Assembly (NCBI GenBank): GCA_963827565.1
Contig: CAWHBG010000002.1
Coordinates: 54,994 to 118,993 of the forward strand
Reading direction: 5' to 3'
From: Candidatus Aminicenantes bacterium
GTDB lineage: Bacteria; Acidobacteriota; Aminicenantia; UBA2199
Length of the DNA: 64,000 bases
A model generated the notes under the pieces. The model made no database searches. It was not told the origin of the DNA and saw only the letters and a list, made by a program, of their open reading frames with translations. Below, one piece after another: positions 10,002 through 19,289 of the stretch. The stretch's first letter is position 1. Each line of letters begins with the position of its first letter. The position numbers and the translations under genes were made by a program.

Positions 10002-10998
10002 TGTTTTTCTTCTCCTTTTTAACTGGAATTGAAAAAGTGACGGTTGTACCTTTTCCGGGAGCTGAGCTTATATCTAGAGTGCCATGATGTTGCTCTATTA
10101 TAGAATAAGATATATAAAGTCCAAGTCCGGTGCCTCCCTGCGCTCTGGATGTTGTAAAGAAAGGTTCGGTCACTCTGGAGAGAATATTTTCTTCGATCCC
10201 GTGCCCATTGTCCATAATCTTCACATTAACACTGTCTGAGTTTTTATTATAGTATGATTTGATCCGGATTTCACCCTTCCCGGTTCCAATCGCGTTGAGG
10301 GAATTCTGAAGAAGGTTAATAATAACCTGTTCAATCTGTTGTGAGACTCCGCTCACTCCGGGCAAATTTTCCTCGAGTTTTATTGTAAGTTTTACAGATG
10401 ATAATTTTATTTTTCTTTCAAGCAGTGAGATCGAAAATCTGATAGCTTTATTCATGTGTACCATCTCGTGGTTCATTTCAGATGGAAGGGCTGTAAAATC
10501 TTTCAGCCCCGCAATAATACTGCTGATTCTATTGGTCCCCTCTAAATTGCCTTTAAGCATTCTGGGGACATCATTCAGAATCTCAGCCAATGAGAGGCCC
10601 CCAAGCATGAGGTCATTGTCCTTCAAATTTCTAATGATACTTTCAGCATTCTCCCAAATGTCGATGAGCATCTGGGTGTTGGCGAGCAAAAAACTGATCG
10701 GGTTATTTATTTCATGAGCAATACCCGAAGCCATTGTTCCCAATGATGTCATTTTATTGGCCTGAATGAGTTTTCTCTCTAATAATTTTTCCCTCTCTTC
10801 AAACTCAACCTGATCCATCAGCTTTTGATTGGAGATCTCAAGTTTATTGATGGTCTTTTTCAGATCTTCCGCATATTTTTTCAGCTGCTTGTGGGCTTCC
10901 TCGAGTTCAGCTCTTTTCTTTTTTTCGGATTTGTATATTCTCTGCAGGTCTTCCGCGTATTTTTTTAATTGTGATGAATCCGAATTAAAATCCCCCAT
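9988..10998 (-). CDS. Cytoplasmic sensor histidine kinase (coiled-coil N-terminus, HisKA, HATPase_c), cognate kinase of the downstream NtrC-like regulator
   Basis: H-box ASGIAHEINNPISF. N/G boxes IMDNGHGIEE and GGTGLGLYISYSI. No TM segment. The stop overlaps the regulator start. The N-terminus has an internally repeated motif QLKKYAEDL...EKKKRAELEE...QLKKYAEDL. Confidence 0.8.
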   Translation of the reverse strand: MGDFNSDSSQLKKYAEDLQRIYKSEKKKRAELEEAHKQLKKYAEDLKKTINKLEISNQKLMDQVEFEEREKLLERKLIQANKMTSLGTMASGIAHEINNPISFLLANTQMLIDIWENAESIIRNLKDNDLMLGGLSLAEILNDVPRMLKGNLEGTNRISSIIAGLKDFTALPSEMNHEMVHMNKAIRFSISLLERKIKLSSVKLTIKLEENLPGVSGVSQQIEQVIINLLQNSLNAIGTGKGEIRIKSYYNKNSDSVNVKIMDNGHGIEENILSRVTEPFFTTSRAQGGTGLGLYISYSIIEQHHGTLDISSAPGKGTTVTFSIPVKKEKKNNGRK

Positions 10999-11147
10999 CT
11001 CTTTAAAAAGGTATATCAGTTCAGAAATAAAAATTCAATTTTCATTTTTTTTTCCTGTGAAAAATAATTTATTATTTTTATTAAACTGTTATACTGTTAA
11101 CAGGTAAACTTAGCCGAAAATACATTTTCTCCGGGCATTGCTTGTGA

Positions 11148-13076
11148 TTGGAAAGGGTTTTGCGTAAACGATTAGCGAGAAGAATGAAAGACAAAAAAAG
11201 AGATAAAAAAAAAATATTGCTTTATATAGGACTTTTTTCAATACTTTCAGGGGTCATTATTGGAATCTTTGCTTATAACACATCATTCGATATTATTATG
11301 GATTATATGGAGAGAACACTCCAGGCAAAGTGTCATTATCTTACTTCGAATATTGAGAGATCAGGAGTAGAATTTGGAGTTGAAGAGACCTTAAGTAAAA
11401 TTGAAACCGATTGGCGGAATTTCGCCAGCCTCACAGAGGATGAATACCTGTCTATTATTAACAGGGACTCAATACTTTTACTTGATACCCGGGATACAGA
11501 CACAATTGGTACTAATATTGGAGAAAACAAAGTTCTGAATCAAGGTGCCGGTAATGAAAAATGTCTGGCAGATCTGGCAGAGAGCATGAACGAATTTTCC
11601 GGAGTGTATATTTCGAGTAGCGGAGAGCACCAGATCGTTGCTTTCTCACCGATTCCCGGAAAAGGCCTGATCGTGGGAGTTCACCGTTCAAAAAAGATCC
11701 TTTACAGTGAGATCAGGTCCCGAATAAAAATATTCATCTATATTTTCATTTTACTATTCTTTTTTATTTTGCCTCTAACATTTATTCTATTTTACAGAAT
11801 ACTCACGACGACCCAGAAAAAGGGATCAGATATATTGAAACAATTAGGTTCAAAAGAGAGTCAAATAACAGCTTTTCTGGAAAATACAATAACCGGCTGT
11901 TACATATATCAGGATAATATGTTTAAATTCGCCAATACTAAATTTATCAAAATGGTGGGGTTCGAATCTATCGAAAACATGAGAGATGATTTTTCAATTT
12001 CTGATATTATCGAAAGCGACACCATGATATCTATCAAAGAATTGCTGATTGAACAGCTGAATGGGGGAGCAGACAGTTTCCAGAAGATTGTAAGTATCAC
12101 TCCTAAGGATGGTGTGGAGAGATGGATGGAGATCTTCAGTAATATAATAGAGTTTGAAGGCAAACCGGCTTCATTCGGAATAATTGTGGATATCACAAAA
12201 AATAAAGAATATGAAAGAGAATTAATTAATTATAAGAATAACCTGGAAGAATCCGTTAAAATGAGAACAGGTGAATATGAAGAACAGGTCGATAAGCTGA
12301 GTAAAAGTCAGCGGGCGATGCTTTTCATGATCGAGGATCTGAACAGGACCTCAGCAAAACTTAAAGATACCCAGGATGAGTTGTTATTGAAGGAGAGACT
12401 GGCGGTATTGGGGCAGTTCTCAGGGAGTATTTCTCATGAATTGAGAAATCCTCTGAGCGTGATCGACAGTTCCGCCTACTATCTGCGGACAGCACTCGCT
12501 GACAAAAGTGCAAAAGTGGATGAGCATCTTGGACGTATAAAAAATGCTGTCATTGTATCCACTTCCATAATAGAGAGCTTGTTGAACCTTACACGAATGA
12601 AAAAACCGGTTATGGAGATAAACGATCTGATTGAGATCCTGAATCAATGTATTACGGAGGTAAGGATTCCGGACCGGATCGAACTTGTCAAAGGTTATCA
12701 TCAAAAATCGATAAAAATAGATTGTGAATTTCTTCAGATAAAAATCGCATTTAAAAATATATTGAAAAATGCTGTCGAAAGTATGGAATCCGCCGGCAGG
12801 CTTGAAGTTAAAACCTCTCCCATTGATAAGTATAAGGTTAAGATCAGTATTAAGGATTCCGGAAAAGGTATATCTGAAAAGAACCTGCCAAATATTTTCA
12901 AGCCATTATTCACTTTAAAGGCGAAAGGGATTGGATTTGGATTGCCATTAAGCAAGATGATTGTTGAAAACCATAATGGAGAGATATATGTTAACTCCGA
13001 ATTGGATGCAGGGACGGAGTTTATTGTTATTTTACAGCAGAACATGGGAAATAACAGATCGGCCGGAGATACTTAA
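11148..13076 (+). CDS. Membrane sensor histidine kinase (periplasmic sensor domain between 2 TM, PAS, HisKA, HATPase_c)
   Basis: TM helices at about aa 20-43 and 195-217. PAS region FLENTITGCYIYQ... H-box SGSISHELRNPLSVI. G-boxes DSGKGISEKN and GIGFGLPLSK. The start codon is uncertain: TTG at 11148 or ATG at 11184. Confidence 0.8.
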   Translation: MERVLRKRLARRMKDKKRDKKKILLYIGLFSILSGVIIGIFAYNTSFDIIMDYMERTLQAKCHYLTSNIERSGVEFGVEETLSKIETDWRNFASLTEDEYLSIINRDSILLLDTRDTDTIGTNIGENKVLNQGAGNEKCLADLAESMNEFSGVYISSSGEHQIVAFSPIPGKGLIVGVHRSKKILYSEIRSRIKIFIYIFILLFFFILPLTFILFYRILTTTQKKGSDILKQLGSKESQITAFLENTITGCYIYQDNMFKFANTKFIKMVGFESIENMRDDFSISDIIESDTMISIKELLIEQLNGGADSFQKIVSITPKDGVERWMEIFSNIIEFEGKPASFGIIVDITKNKEYERELINYKNNLEESVKMRTGEYEEQVDKLSKSQRAMLFMIEDLNRTSAKLKDTQDELLLKERLAVLGQFSGSISHELRNPLSVIDSSAYYLRTALADKSAKVDEHLGRIKNAVIVSTSIIESLLNLTRMKKPVMEINDLIEILNQCITEVRIPDRIELVKGYHQKSIKIDCEFLQIKIAFKNILKNAVESMESAGRLEVKTSPIDKYKVKISIKDSGKGISEKNLPNIFKPLFTLKAKGIGFGLPLSKMIVENHNGEIYVNSELDAGTEFIVILQQNMGNNRSAGDT

Positions 13077-13120
13077 TATGGACATTTTTATTGTTTATAT
13101 GTCAATTAAGGAGAAATGAG

Positions 13121-14059
13121 ATGAATAAAAGGTTAAATATTCTCATTGTTGATGATAATAAAGAGCTGGCTGTTAATATCATGGATATATTGAAGAATAA
13201 TAATTACAGTTCGGTTGTATCATTTGATGGTGGAAGCGCCCTGGAACTGGTGAGTAGTAATGATTTTCAACTGGGATTGATAGACATGAAACTTCCGGAC
13301 ATGACGGGGATCGAACTTATTAAAAAAATAATCGATATAAAACCTGATATGGAATTTATCATTATAACAGGCCATGGTTCATTGGAGAATGCAACAGTAG
13401 CAGTCTCAATTAAAAATATACTGGGATTTGAGATAAAACCGGTAGATATAGAGGGGCTTTTATCTATGATCAATCAGGTGTCACAAAGGAGAATGCTGGA
13501 AGTATCATTGAAGGAGTCAGAATACAGGTACAAGATCCTGGTAGAAAATTCGATGACTGCGATTAATATTGCAGTGGATAAAAAGATCAGGTTCTGCAAT
13601 AAAATGATGCTTCAATTATTTGGGTACAAAGACTATGATGATCTCATCGGTATGGATATCTCAAAACTGATTCATCCTGATGATATCGGGATTGTGAATA
13701 ATAATATTGACATCAGGATTAAAGAGGAACTTAAAGAAGTCAGGTATGAGTGCAGGGGGATAAAGCAGGACGGTTCGATCATTGAGATCGAAGTGCTTGG
13801 CAGTATCATCATGTTCGAAGGTAAAAAAGCGACCCATACCGCAATCTTAGATATCAGTAAAAGAAAAAGGGCGGAAAAGGGGATCAAAGAGTCTCAGAAG
13901 AATCTTGAACAAAAAATAATGGAGAGAACGGAGGAACTGGCAAAAAAAAATGAAGATCTGCAGAATTTCAACAGGCTCTTTATCGGCAGGGAAAAGAGAA
14001 TTAAGGAGTTAAAAGAAAAGCTGAAAGAATATCAGACCGAAGAAAGCGATAAAGGATGA
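13121..14059 (+). CDS. Response regulator: receiver + PAS domain + C-terminal signalling-helix tail; no DNA-binding or enzymatic output
   Basis: AAGGAG RBS before the ATG at 13121. The REC region contains LNILIVDDNKE and IDMKLPDMTG. The PAS region contains ILVENSMTAINIA. The tail is ERTEELAKKNEDLQNFNRLFIGREKRIKELKEKL. Confidence 0.7.
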   Translation: MNKRLNILIVDDNKELAVNIMDILKNNNYSSVVSFDGGSALELVSSNDFQLGLIDMKLPDMTGIELIKKIIDIKPDMEFIIITGHGSLENATVAVSIKNILGFEIKPVDIEGLLSMINQVSQRRMLEVSLKESEYRYKILVENSMTAINIAVDKKIRFCNKMMLQLFGYKDYDDLIGMDISKLIHPDDIGIVNNNIDIRIKEELKEVRYECRGIKQDGSIIEIEVLGSIIMFEGKKATHTAILDISKRKRAEKGIKESQKNLEQKIMERTEELAKKNEDLQNFNRLFIGREKRIKELKEKLKEYQTEESDKG

Positions 14060-15135
14060 GAAAACCTCAATACGGATCAGAAGAGAAAAAATTCTGGATT
14101 GTTTTTACTGCAATCATTCTGATATCTATATTGATCATTATTTTTTTGTTTTTCAAAATCCGGTCAAATCTAATTGAGCAATTTAGAATTGGCATAAAAT
14201 CAGATATCACTTTCCTGGCAAATCATTCAAATCAGCATCTCACCGCTAATGAAGAGGAGTTTGTAGCTGATCTTATTCATGGATGGGGGACCCTTAATCA
14301 TACAAAAATCTCAGAGATAAAAATTTTCTCGCCGGACGGACATATCTACGCCGAATATAATTCAGAGATTATTCCGGAGAAGTATGAAATTTTTAAAAAA
14401 GATATAAAAAATGGAAATAAGTTAACCGCAATTCTTCAAGTGAAAGCAGATGTGGGAATGATCGACAGAAAAGTTCTGGAATATATTCTCTATTTCGGTG
14501 TTGTTCTTTTCATTCTTGTTATATTTTTGGGATATATTATAACCCTGCATATTAAAAGAAGAAGGAGAGCGATTGAATTGTTATCGATTAACAAAGAAAT
14601 GAGAAAATTCATTACCGCATTTGAACAGAGTCCCTCCTGTATTCTCATTACTGATCTGAACGGGAACATCGAATATGTGAATCCCCAATTTTCAATTCTT
14701 ACCGGTTACTCGCTGAATGAGACGCATGGGAGGAACCCGAAAATGCTTAAGTCGGGAAAGGTAGCGCCTGAGGTCTACGTTGAGATGTGGGATACAATTA
14801 AAAACGGTAACATATGGCGGGGTGAACTTATGAACAGAAAGAAGAATGGAGAACTGTATTGGGAAGAAGCCGTGATAGGCCCTGTTAAAGATGAAAAAGG
14901 AGAGTTGATCAATTATATCGCTGTAAAAATGGATATCACAGACTGGAAGAACGCGCAAAAAGAATTGGAGAAGCATAAAGAAAATCTGGAAGTTTTGATC
15001 AGGGAAAGGACAAAGGAACTCGAAGAAAAAAATCAAAAACTGACAGAAGTGAATAAATTATTCATCGGCCGGGAAATGAAGATCAAGGAACTCAATTTAA
15101 AGCTGAATTCATTAAAGGATGAACAAAAGGAATGA
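14056..15135 (+). CDS. Membrane PAS sensor protein (TM, periplasmic domain, TM, PAS, signalling-helix tail); no kinase domain
   Basis: The start overlaps the upstream stop (ATGA). TM helices at aa 13-33 and 141-163. The PAS domain contains AFEQSPSCILITDLNGNIEYVNPQF. The tail reads ERTKELEEKNQKLTEVNKLFIGREMKIKELNLKL, the same motif as in 13121-14059. Confidence 0.7.
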   Translation: MRKPQYGSEEKKFWIVFTAIILISILIIIFLFFKIRSNLIEQFRIGIKSDITFLANHSNQHLTANEEEFVADLIHGWGTLNHTKISEIKIFSPDGHIYAEYNSEIIPEKYEIFKKDIKNGNKLTAILQVKADVGMIDRKVLEYILYFGVVLFILVIFLGYIITLHIKRRRRAIELLSINKEMRKFITAFEQSPSCILITDLNGNIEYVNPQFSILTGYSLNETHGRNPKMLKSGKVAPEVYVEMWDTIKNGNIWRGELMNRKKNGELYWEEAVIGPVKDEKGELINYIAVKMDITDWKNAQKELEKHKENLEVLIRERTKELEEKNQKLTEVNKLFIGREMKIKELNLKLNSLKDEQKE

Positions 15136-16757
15136 GTCAATTTAAAGAATTCTGCAGAAGCGGATGTTTTAATTCAATTACCAGACCCGGTATACTGCTC
15201 CTGATCATTTTTTTTTCGGTTATCATAATTTTGATCTCAATATTAATAAATCTCCATAACTATGAAGTATATATTTTCATCTCTTCAATATTTGCTCTCC
15301 TCGCCTCTTTTTTTTTACAATTAAAATTATCCTCTCTCGGGGGAAAACTGAAGAAAAAAGCCCTGAAAGAGGATAAACTACAGAATGATATAAAAAACCT
15401 CGAAAGTGTAATAGAGATGAGAACCACAAAAATCGATGAGCTTAACACGAAATTGGAAAAGATGAAAACAGAGTTTGAAGAGGTGTCAAAAAAAAACAGG
15501 GAGCACAGGGATGAACTGGGGCATATTGTAAAAGAAAGAACTTCGGAACTGGAACGGATGGCTTCTGAAATGAATGAAAGTCAGAAAGCTCTCATGTATC
15601 TGGTGGAAGATGTGAATGATTCCCGAAATGAACTAGAAGATCTTAATAAAAAGCTTAACAGAACTCTAAAAGATGTTGAAAGCTCCAGAGATAGAATTGA
15701 TACCATTATCCACTCGATTGCAGACGGTTTGGTTGTTGCAGATTTTGAGATGAAAATACTGCTTATCAATCATGTTGCCGAGGAGATCTTTGATACCAAA
15801 TCTGAAGATATCGTCGGCAGAAATCTTATTGATATTATTGATATTAACTTATTAAGTGATGTTGAAAAGGGCCCAGAGGAAAATCCTAAATTTTCTAAAT
15901 TTGATTTTGTCAGAAAGGGCAGGATATTCAATGCAAATATCTCTTCGGTTTGGGGAAGTTCGGGTTTGGTAACGGGTATGGTAATCATTTTTAGAGATGT
16001 CACCCGGGAGAGGGAACTTAATGAAGCAAAAAATGAATTTATTTCCACTTCAGCACATGAGTTGAGGACCCCGCTCACATCGATCAGAGGTTTTGCTGAA
16101 ATTCTTCTATCCAGAGATGATCTCGACGATGATGATAAAAAAAAGTTTCTGAACTATATCCACAGGCAGTCGATAGCTCTTGGTAACATAATCAATGACC
16201 TTCTGGATCTTTCAAAAATTGAATCAGGAGCGAATTACAAACTGAAACCTGTCCTCTTCAAACCGTATAAAATGATCGAGAGAGTGATCTCCCACTTCAG
16301 GGAAATTTCAAAGGGGTACATTTTCAATCTATACTTAGATAAGAAAGGCGAAAAAATTCTTGGAGATGAAACCCTGCTATCTCAAGCCCTGACAAATCTT
16401 ATAAGTAATGCAGTGAAGTACTCACCGGACAGTTTTGAAATAAATATTATTTCCTCCTTTGAGGGAAATAAATATATATTATCTGTGGAAGATAAAGGGC
16501 TTGGAATGACCAGGGATCAGAAGAAAAAGGTATTTGAAAAGTTTTACAGAGTTGATGTAACGAATACGGCTGTTGAAGGTACAGGGTTGGGGATGAATAT
16601 TGTAAAAAATATTGTGGAAGCACATAATGGTAAAGTAGATATTCAAAGTGAGATTAAAGCAGGGACTACCGTAACAATCACAATCCCTGTAACGTATATA
16701 AACATCAAAGACAAAAAAAAGAGGGGAAGAAATGAAAAAGATACTGGTAGTGGATGA
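15132..16757 (+). CDS. Membrane sensor histidine kinase (TM, coiled coil/signalling helix, PAS, HisKA, HATPase_c); source copy of the duplicated segment at 3343-4178
   Basis: H-box STSAHELRTPLTSIRGFAEIL. G-boxes EDKGLGMTRDQ and GTGLGMNIVKNIV. Signalling helix ERTSELERMASEMNESQKALMYLVEDVNDSRNEL. The start overlaps the upstream stop. Confidence 0.85.
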   Translation: MSQFKEFCRSGCFNSITRPGILLLIIFFSVIIILISILINLHNYEVYIFISSIFALLASFFLQLKLSSLGGKLKKKALKEDKLQNDIKNLESVIEMRTTKIDELNTKLEKMKTEFEEVSKKNREHRDELGHIVKERTSELERMASEMNESQKALMYLVEDVNDSRNELEDLNKKLNRTLKDVESSRDRIDTIIHSIADGLVVADFEMKILLINHVAEEIFDTKSEDIVGRNLIDIIDINLLSDVEKGPEENPKFSKFDFVRKGRIFNANISSVWGSSGLVTGMVIIFRDVTRERELNEAKNEFISTSAHELRTPLTSIRGFAEILLSRDDLDDDDKKKFLNYIHRQSIALGNIINDLLDLSKIESGANYKLKPVLFKPYKMIERVISHFREISKGYIFNLYLDKKGEKILGDETLLSQALTNLISNAVKYSPDSFEINIISSFEGNKYILSVEDKGLGMTRDQKKKVFEKFYRVDVTNTAVEGTGLGMNIVKNIVEAHNGKVDIQSEIKAGTTVTITIPVTYINIKDKKKRGRNEKDTGSG

Positions 16758-17096
16758 TCAGCAGGAAATACGGGACCTTCTCGAAGTCACACTCAGGGTT
16801 TCTGATTTTGAGATAATTCAGGCAGAGACGGGGGAGAGCGCAATTGATATTGCCAGAAAAGAAAAACCGGATCTTATCATTATGGATGTGATGATGCCGG
16901 GAAAATTGACGGGTATGAAGCAACCAGGATAATTAAAGCTGATGATAATCTGAAAGACTGTACCATTCTTATCCTTACGGCGAAAGGCCAGAAAATAGAT
17001 CTGAAGGAGGGGAAACTATCCGGTGCCGATGAGTATTTCGTTAAACCATTCAGCCCCATTGAGTTGATTAATAAGGTAGAGGAAATTCTTAAATAG
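16732..17096 (+). CDS. Single-domain response regulator (CheY-like receiver), frameshifted in a G homopolymer
   Basis: The N-terminal part MKKILVVDDQQEIRDLL...DLIIMDVMMPG is in ORF 16732-16932. The remainder, DGYEATRIIK...ILILTAKGQ...GADEYFVKPFSPIEL, continues in the +2 frame and ends at the TAG at 17094. A 1-nt deletion at ccggga, about 16900, is implied. It overlaps the kinase stop. Confidence 0.7.
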
Positions 17097-17217
17097 TCAA
17101 CATTGTTTTCCAATTGGTCCTAATTGTAAGTATTTGTCGCATCCCCTGAAGTTTTTTAGGTTTAAAAAAATACCTTTAAAATTCCCTGATATTCATCCTT
17201 CTTAATATTTTACTGTT

Positions 17218-17233
17218 TGGCAGCATTATTGCT
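17218..17233 (+). promoter_or_regulatory. Candidate sigma-54 (-24/-12) promoter upstream of the REC + HD-GYP gene pair
   Basis: TGGCAGcattatTGCT. GG and GC are separated by 10 nt, which is the canonical spacing for TGGCAC-N5-TTGCW. It lies about 35 nt upstream of the ATG at 17267. Confidence 0.35.
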
Positions 17234-17266
17234 GTTAATCTATAGTTGACCCGAGGAGGGAATAAA

Positions 17267-17716
17267 ATGAAGAAAATATTGATCGTGGAGGATAAGAAAA
17301 AATTGAGGGATCTACTAAAGTTAATCTTCCGTTTGTCTGGGTATAAAAAGTTATATTATGCATCTAATAGTGAAGAATGTGTAAAAAAAATGAAGCGGTT
17401 GAATCCTGATATCACATTACTTGATGTTGATGCCACAGGTAAAATGGATATTGTTTCTGCCTTAAGTTCTATAAGAAACCAACCCTCCATTTCATCTTCC
17501 AATGTCATCCTTTTTTCGAAGAATAAAAAAAAGGAACTGATCGGCGAGGGTGCCTCAGATCTGATATCGGGTCCGATCAAACCCCTGGAATTGATCAGTA
17601 TTGTTGAACATATGATCGGAAAAAGAGATGTGGATATGCCGCAAAACAGGACCGAAGAAATTGTCACATATGCTCCAGCGAGTTTTACACCCCAGGCTTA
17701 TTCGCAAAGGATCTAG
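17267..17716 (+). CDS. Stand-alone receiver-domain protein (CheY-like)
   Basis: GAGGAGGG RBS 7 nt before the ATG. MKKILIVEDKKKLRDLL...ITLLDVDATGKMD is receiver-like. Confidence 0.6.
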   Translation: MKKILIVEDKKKLRDLLKLIFRLSGYKKLYYASNSEECVKKMKRLNPDITLLDVDATGKMDIVSALSSIRNQPSISSSNVILFSKNKKKELIGEGASDLISGPIKPLELISIVEHMIGKRDVDMPQNRTEEIVTYAPASFTPQAYSQRI

Positions 17717-17718
17717 AA

Positions 17719-18534
17719 GTGAAGGATAAGGATATGCCCCCACTGAAGCAAAGCAGCGGTGATTATTATCAAAAGCAGCTTGAAAGGTATGCCACGGATT
17801 TTGTTGATGTTTTTTTGTCTGAAAAAAAGAAAAGGGAAGAACTGGAAAATGTAAACAAACAGGTTTACAAGTATGCAAATGATCTGAACAGCACTCTGAC
17901 CGATCTGAAAAGCGCGCATAAGGATCTTCAGGAATCTCATCTTGATACGATTCACCGGCTTGTCCTTGCAGCAGAATTTAAAGATGAGGATACAGCATGC
18001 CATATAGTAAGAATGAGTATGTATTCTGAGTTACTTGCACAAAAGATAGGGCTAAAGCAGGATCATATCAGAAATATTTATTATGCTTCCCCCATGCATG
18101 ATATAGGGAAGATCGGAATTTCCGATATGATCTTGAACAAACCGGGTAAACTGACCGTAGAGGAATTTGAGATCATTAAAACCCACACAACCATTGGAGC
18201 GAATCTTTTAAGGGGATCGAAATCTGAGATCCTCCAACTCGGAGAGGTAATAGCCTTATCTCATCATGAAAAATGGGATGGAACAGGATATCCCAATAAT
18301 TTAGCCGGAAGGGATATCCCGATCGAGGGGAGGATCGTAGCTGTTGCCGATGTGTTTGATGCGTTAACCTCGGAGAGGAAGTATAAAAAGGCCTTCCCGA
18401 TAGAAGTAAGTCTGAATATACTGAAAGAAGAAAAAAATTCCCATTTCGATCCTGAAATTATTGAACTGTTCTTTGAGAATCTGGAGGAAATATTAAGAAT
18501 AAAGGATCAGGCCGAAAGGGATAAAGTAAACTAA
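17719..18534 (+). CDS. HD-GYP domain c-di-GMP phosphodiesterase with an N-terminal coiled-coil motif
   Basis: HD motif SPMHDIGKIGI and HHEKWDGTGYP (the GYP signature). The N-terminus EKKKREELENVNKQVYKYANDL resembles the N-terminus of the kinase at 9988-10998. The start could be GTG at 17719 or ATG at 17734. Confidence 0.8.
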   Translation: MKDKDMPPLKQSSGDYYQKQLERYATDFVDVFLSEKKKREELENVNKQVYKYANDLNSTLTDLKSAHKDLQESHLDTIHRLVLAAEFKDEDTACHIVRMSMYSELLAQKIGLKQDHIRNIYYASPMHDIGKIGISDMILNKPGKLTVEEFEIIKTHTTIGANLLRGSKSEILQLGEVIALSHHEKWDGTGYPNNLAGRDIPIEGRIVAVADVFDALTSERKYKKAFPIEVSLNILKEEKNSHFDPEIIELFFENLEEILRIKDQAERDKVN

Positions 18535-19289
18535 CCAACGAATGTCATTGCCGGTTCCATCAGGGAACGGACAGGTTTTAATTTCAATATTTTATTTCTT
18601 CAACCTTCCATTTATTAATTTTTCCAATCAGTCGCCTTCCGGGATGGTCATAATACAAGTATATTGAACTGTAAACTTTTGTCTCACCCTTTTAGTACTC
18701 ACAGTTCAATAACTAAACATAAAAAACATTTTATATAGGTGGTATAAGCGAAAAGAAAAGTTGGAAGTAAGAATGCTAATAAGATAATGTGAAAAAAATA
18801 AATAGTTTAAATGTAACTGATCCAATTGGAAGCTATTGAAAATGAAAACCCTTTCATAGTAAAAAAATTTGAAGTGCCGGTTGTGATTATGTTTGATGTG
18901 GTGAGGCCAAAAAGAGAGAATTGTCTGATTAAGCTAAATCTTACTTCGCGTTCAGGTAATGGGCCTGAATCCATTAAAGAGTATCTTGAAAATATGGCAG
19001 AATTTGTACCTGTAAGAATAGGCAGGATGAAAAAACATTCAATTGTAAACAGCAATTCTATTATTTATGTTCAGGAACATGAAAAATCTGAATCTCCATT
19101 CAATCATTAAATATGAACTGCAGTTGAAGAGAAATATAAAGATAAAGGTAGCTCAGATATATGAATCTTCGCAGTGACAGGAGCCGGTTCCTGGATGTGT
19201 CTAATGCAGAATGAAAGATTTGTTCAATTTTATTATCCGGAACTCAAAAATTTATTTTAATAAAGATATGATCATTAAGGGGACAGATA

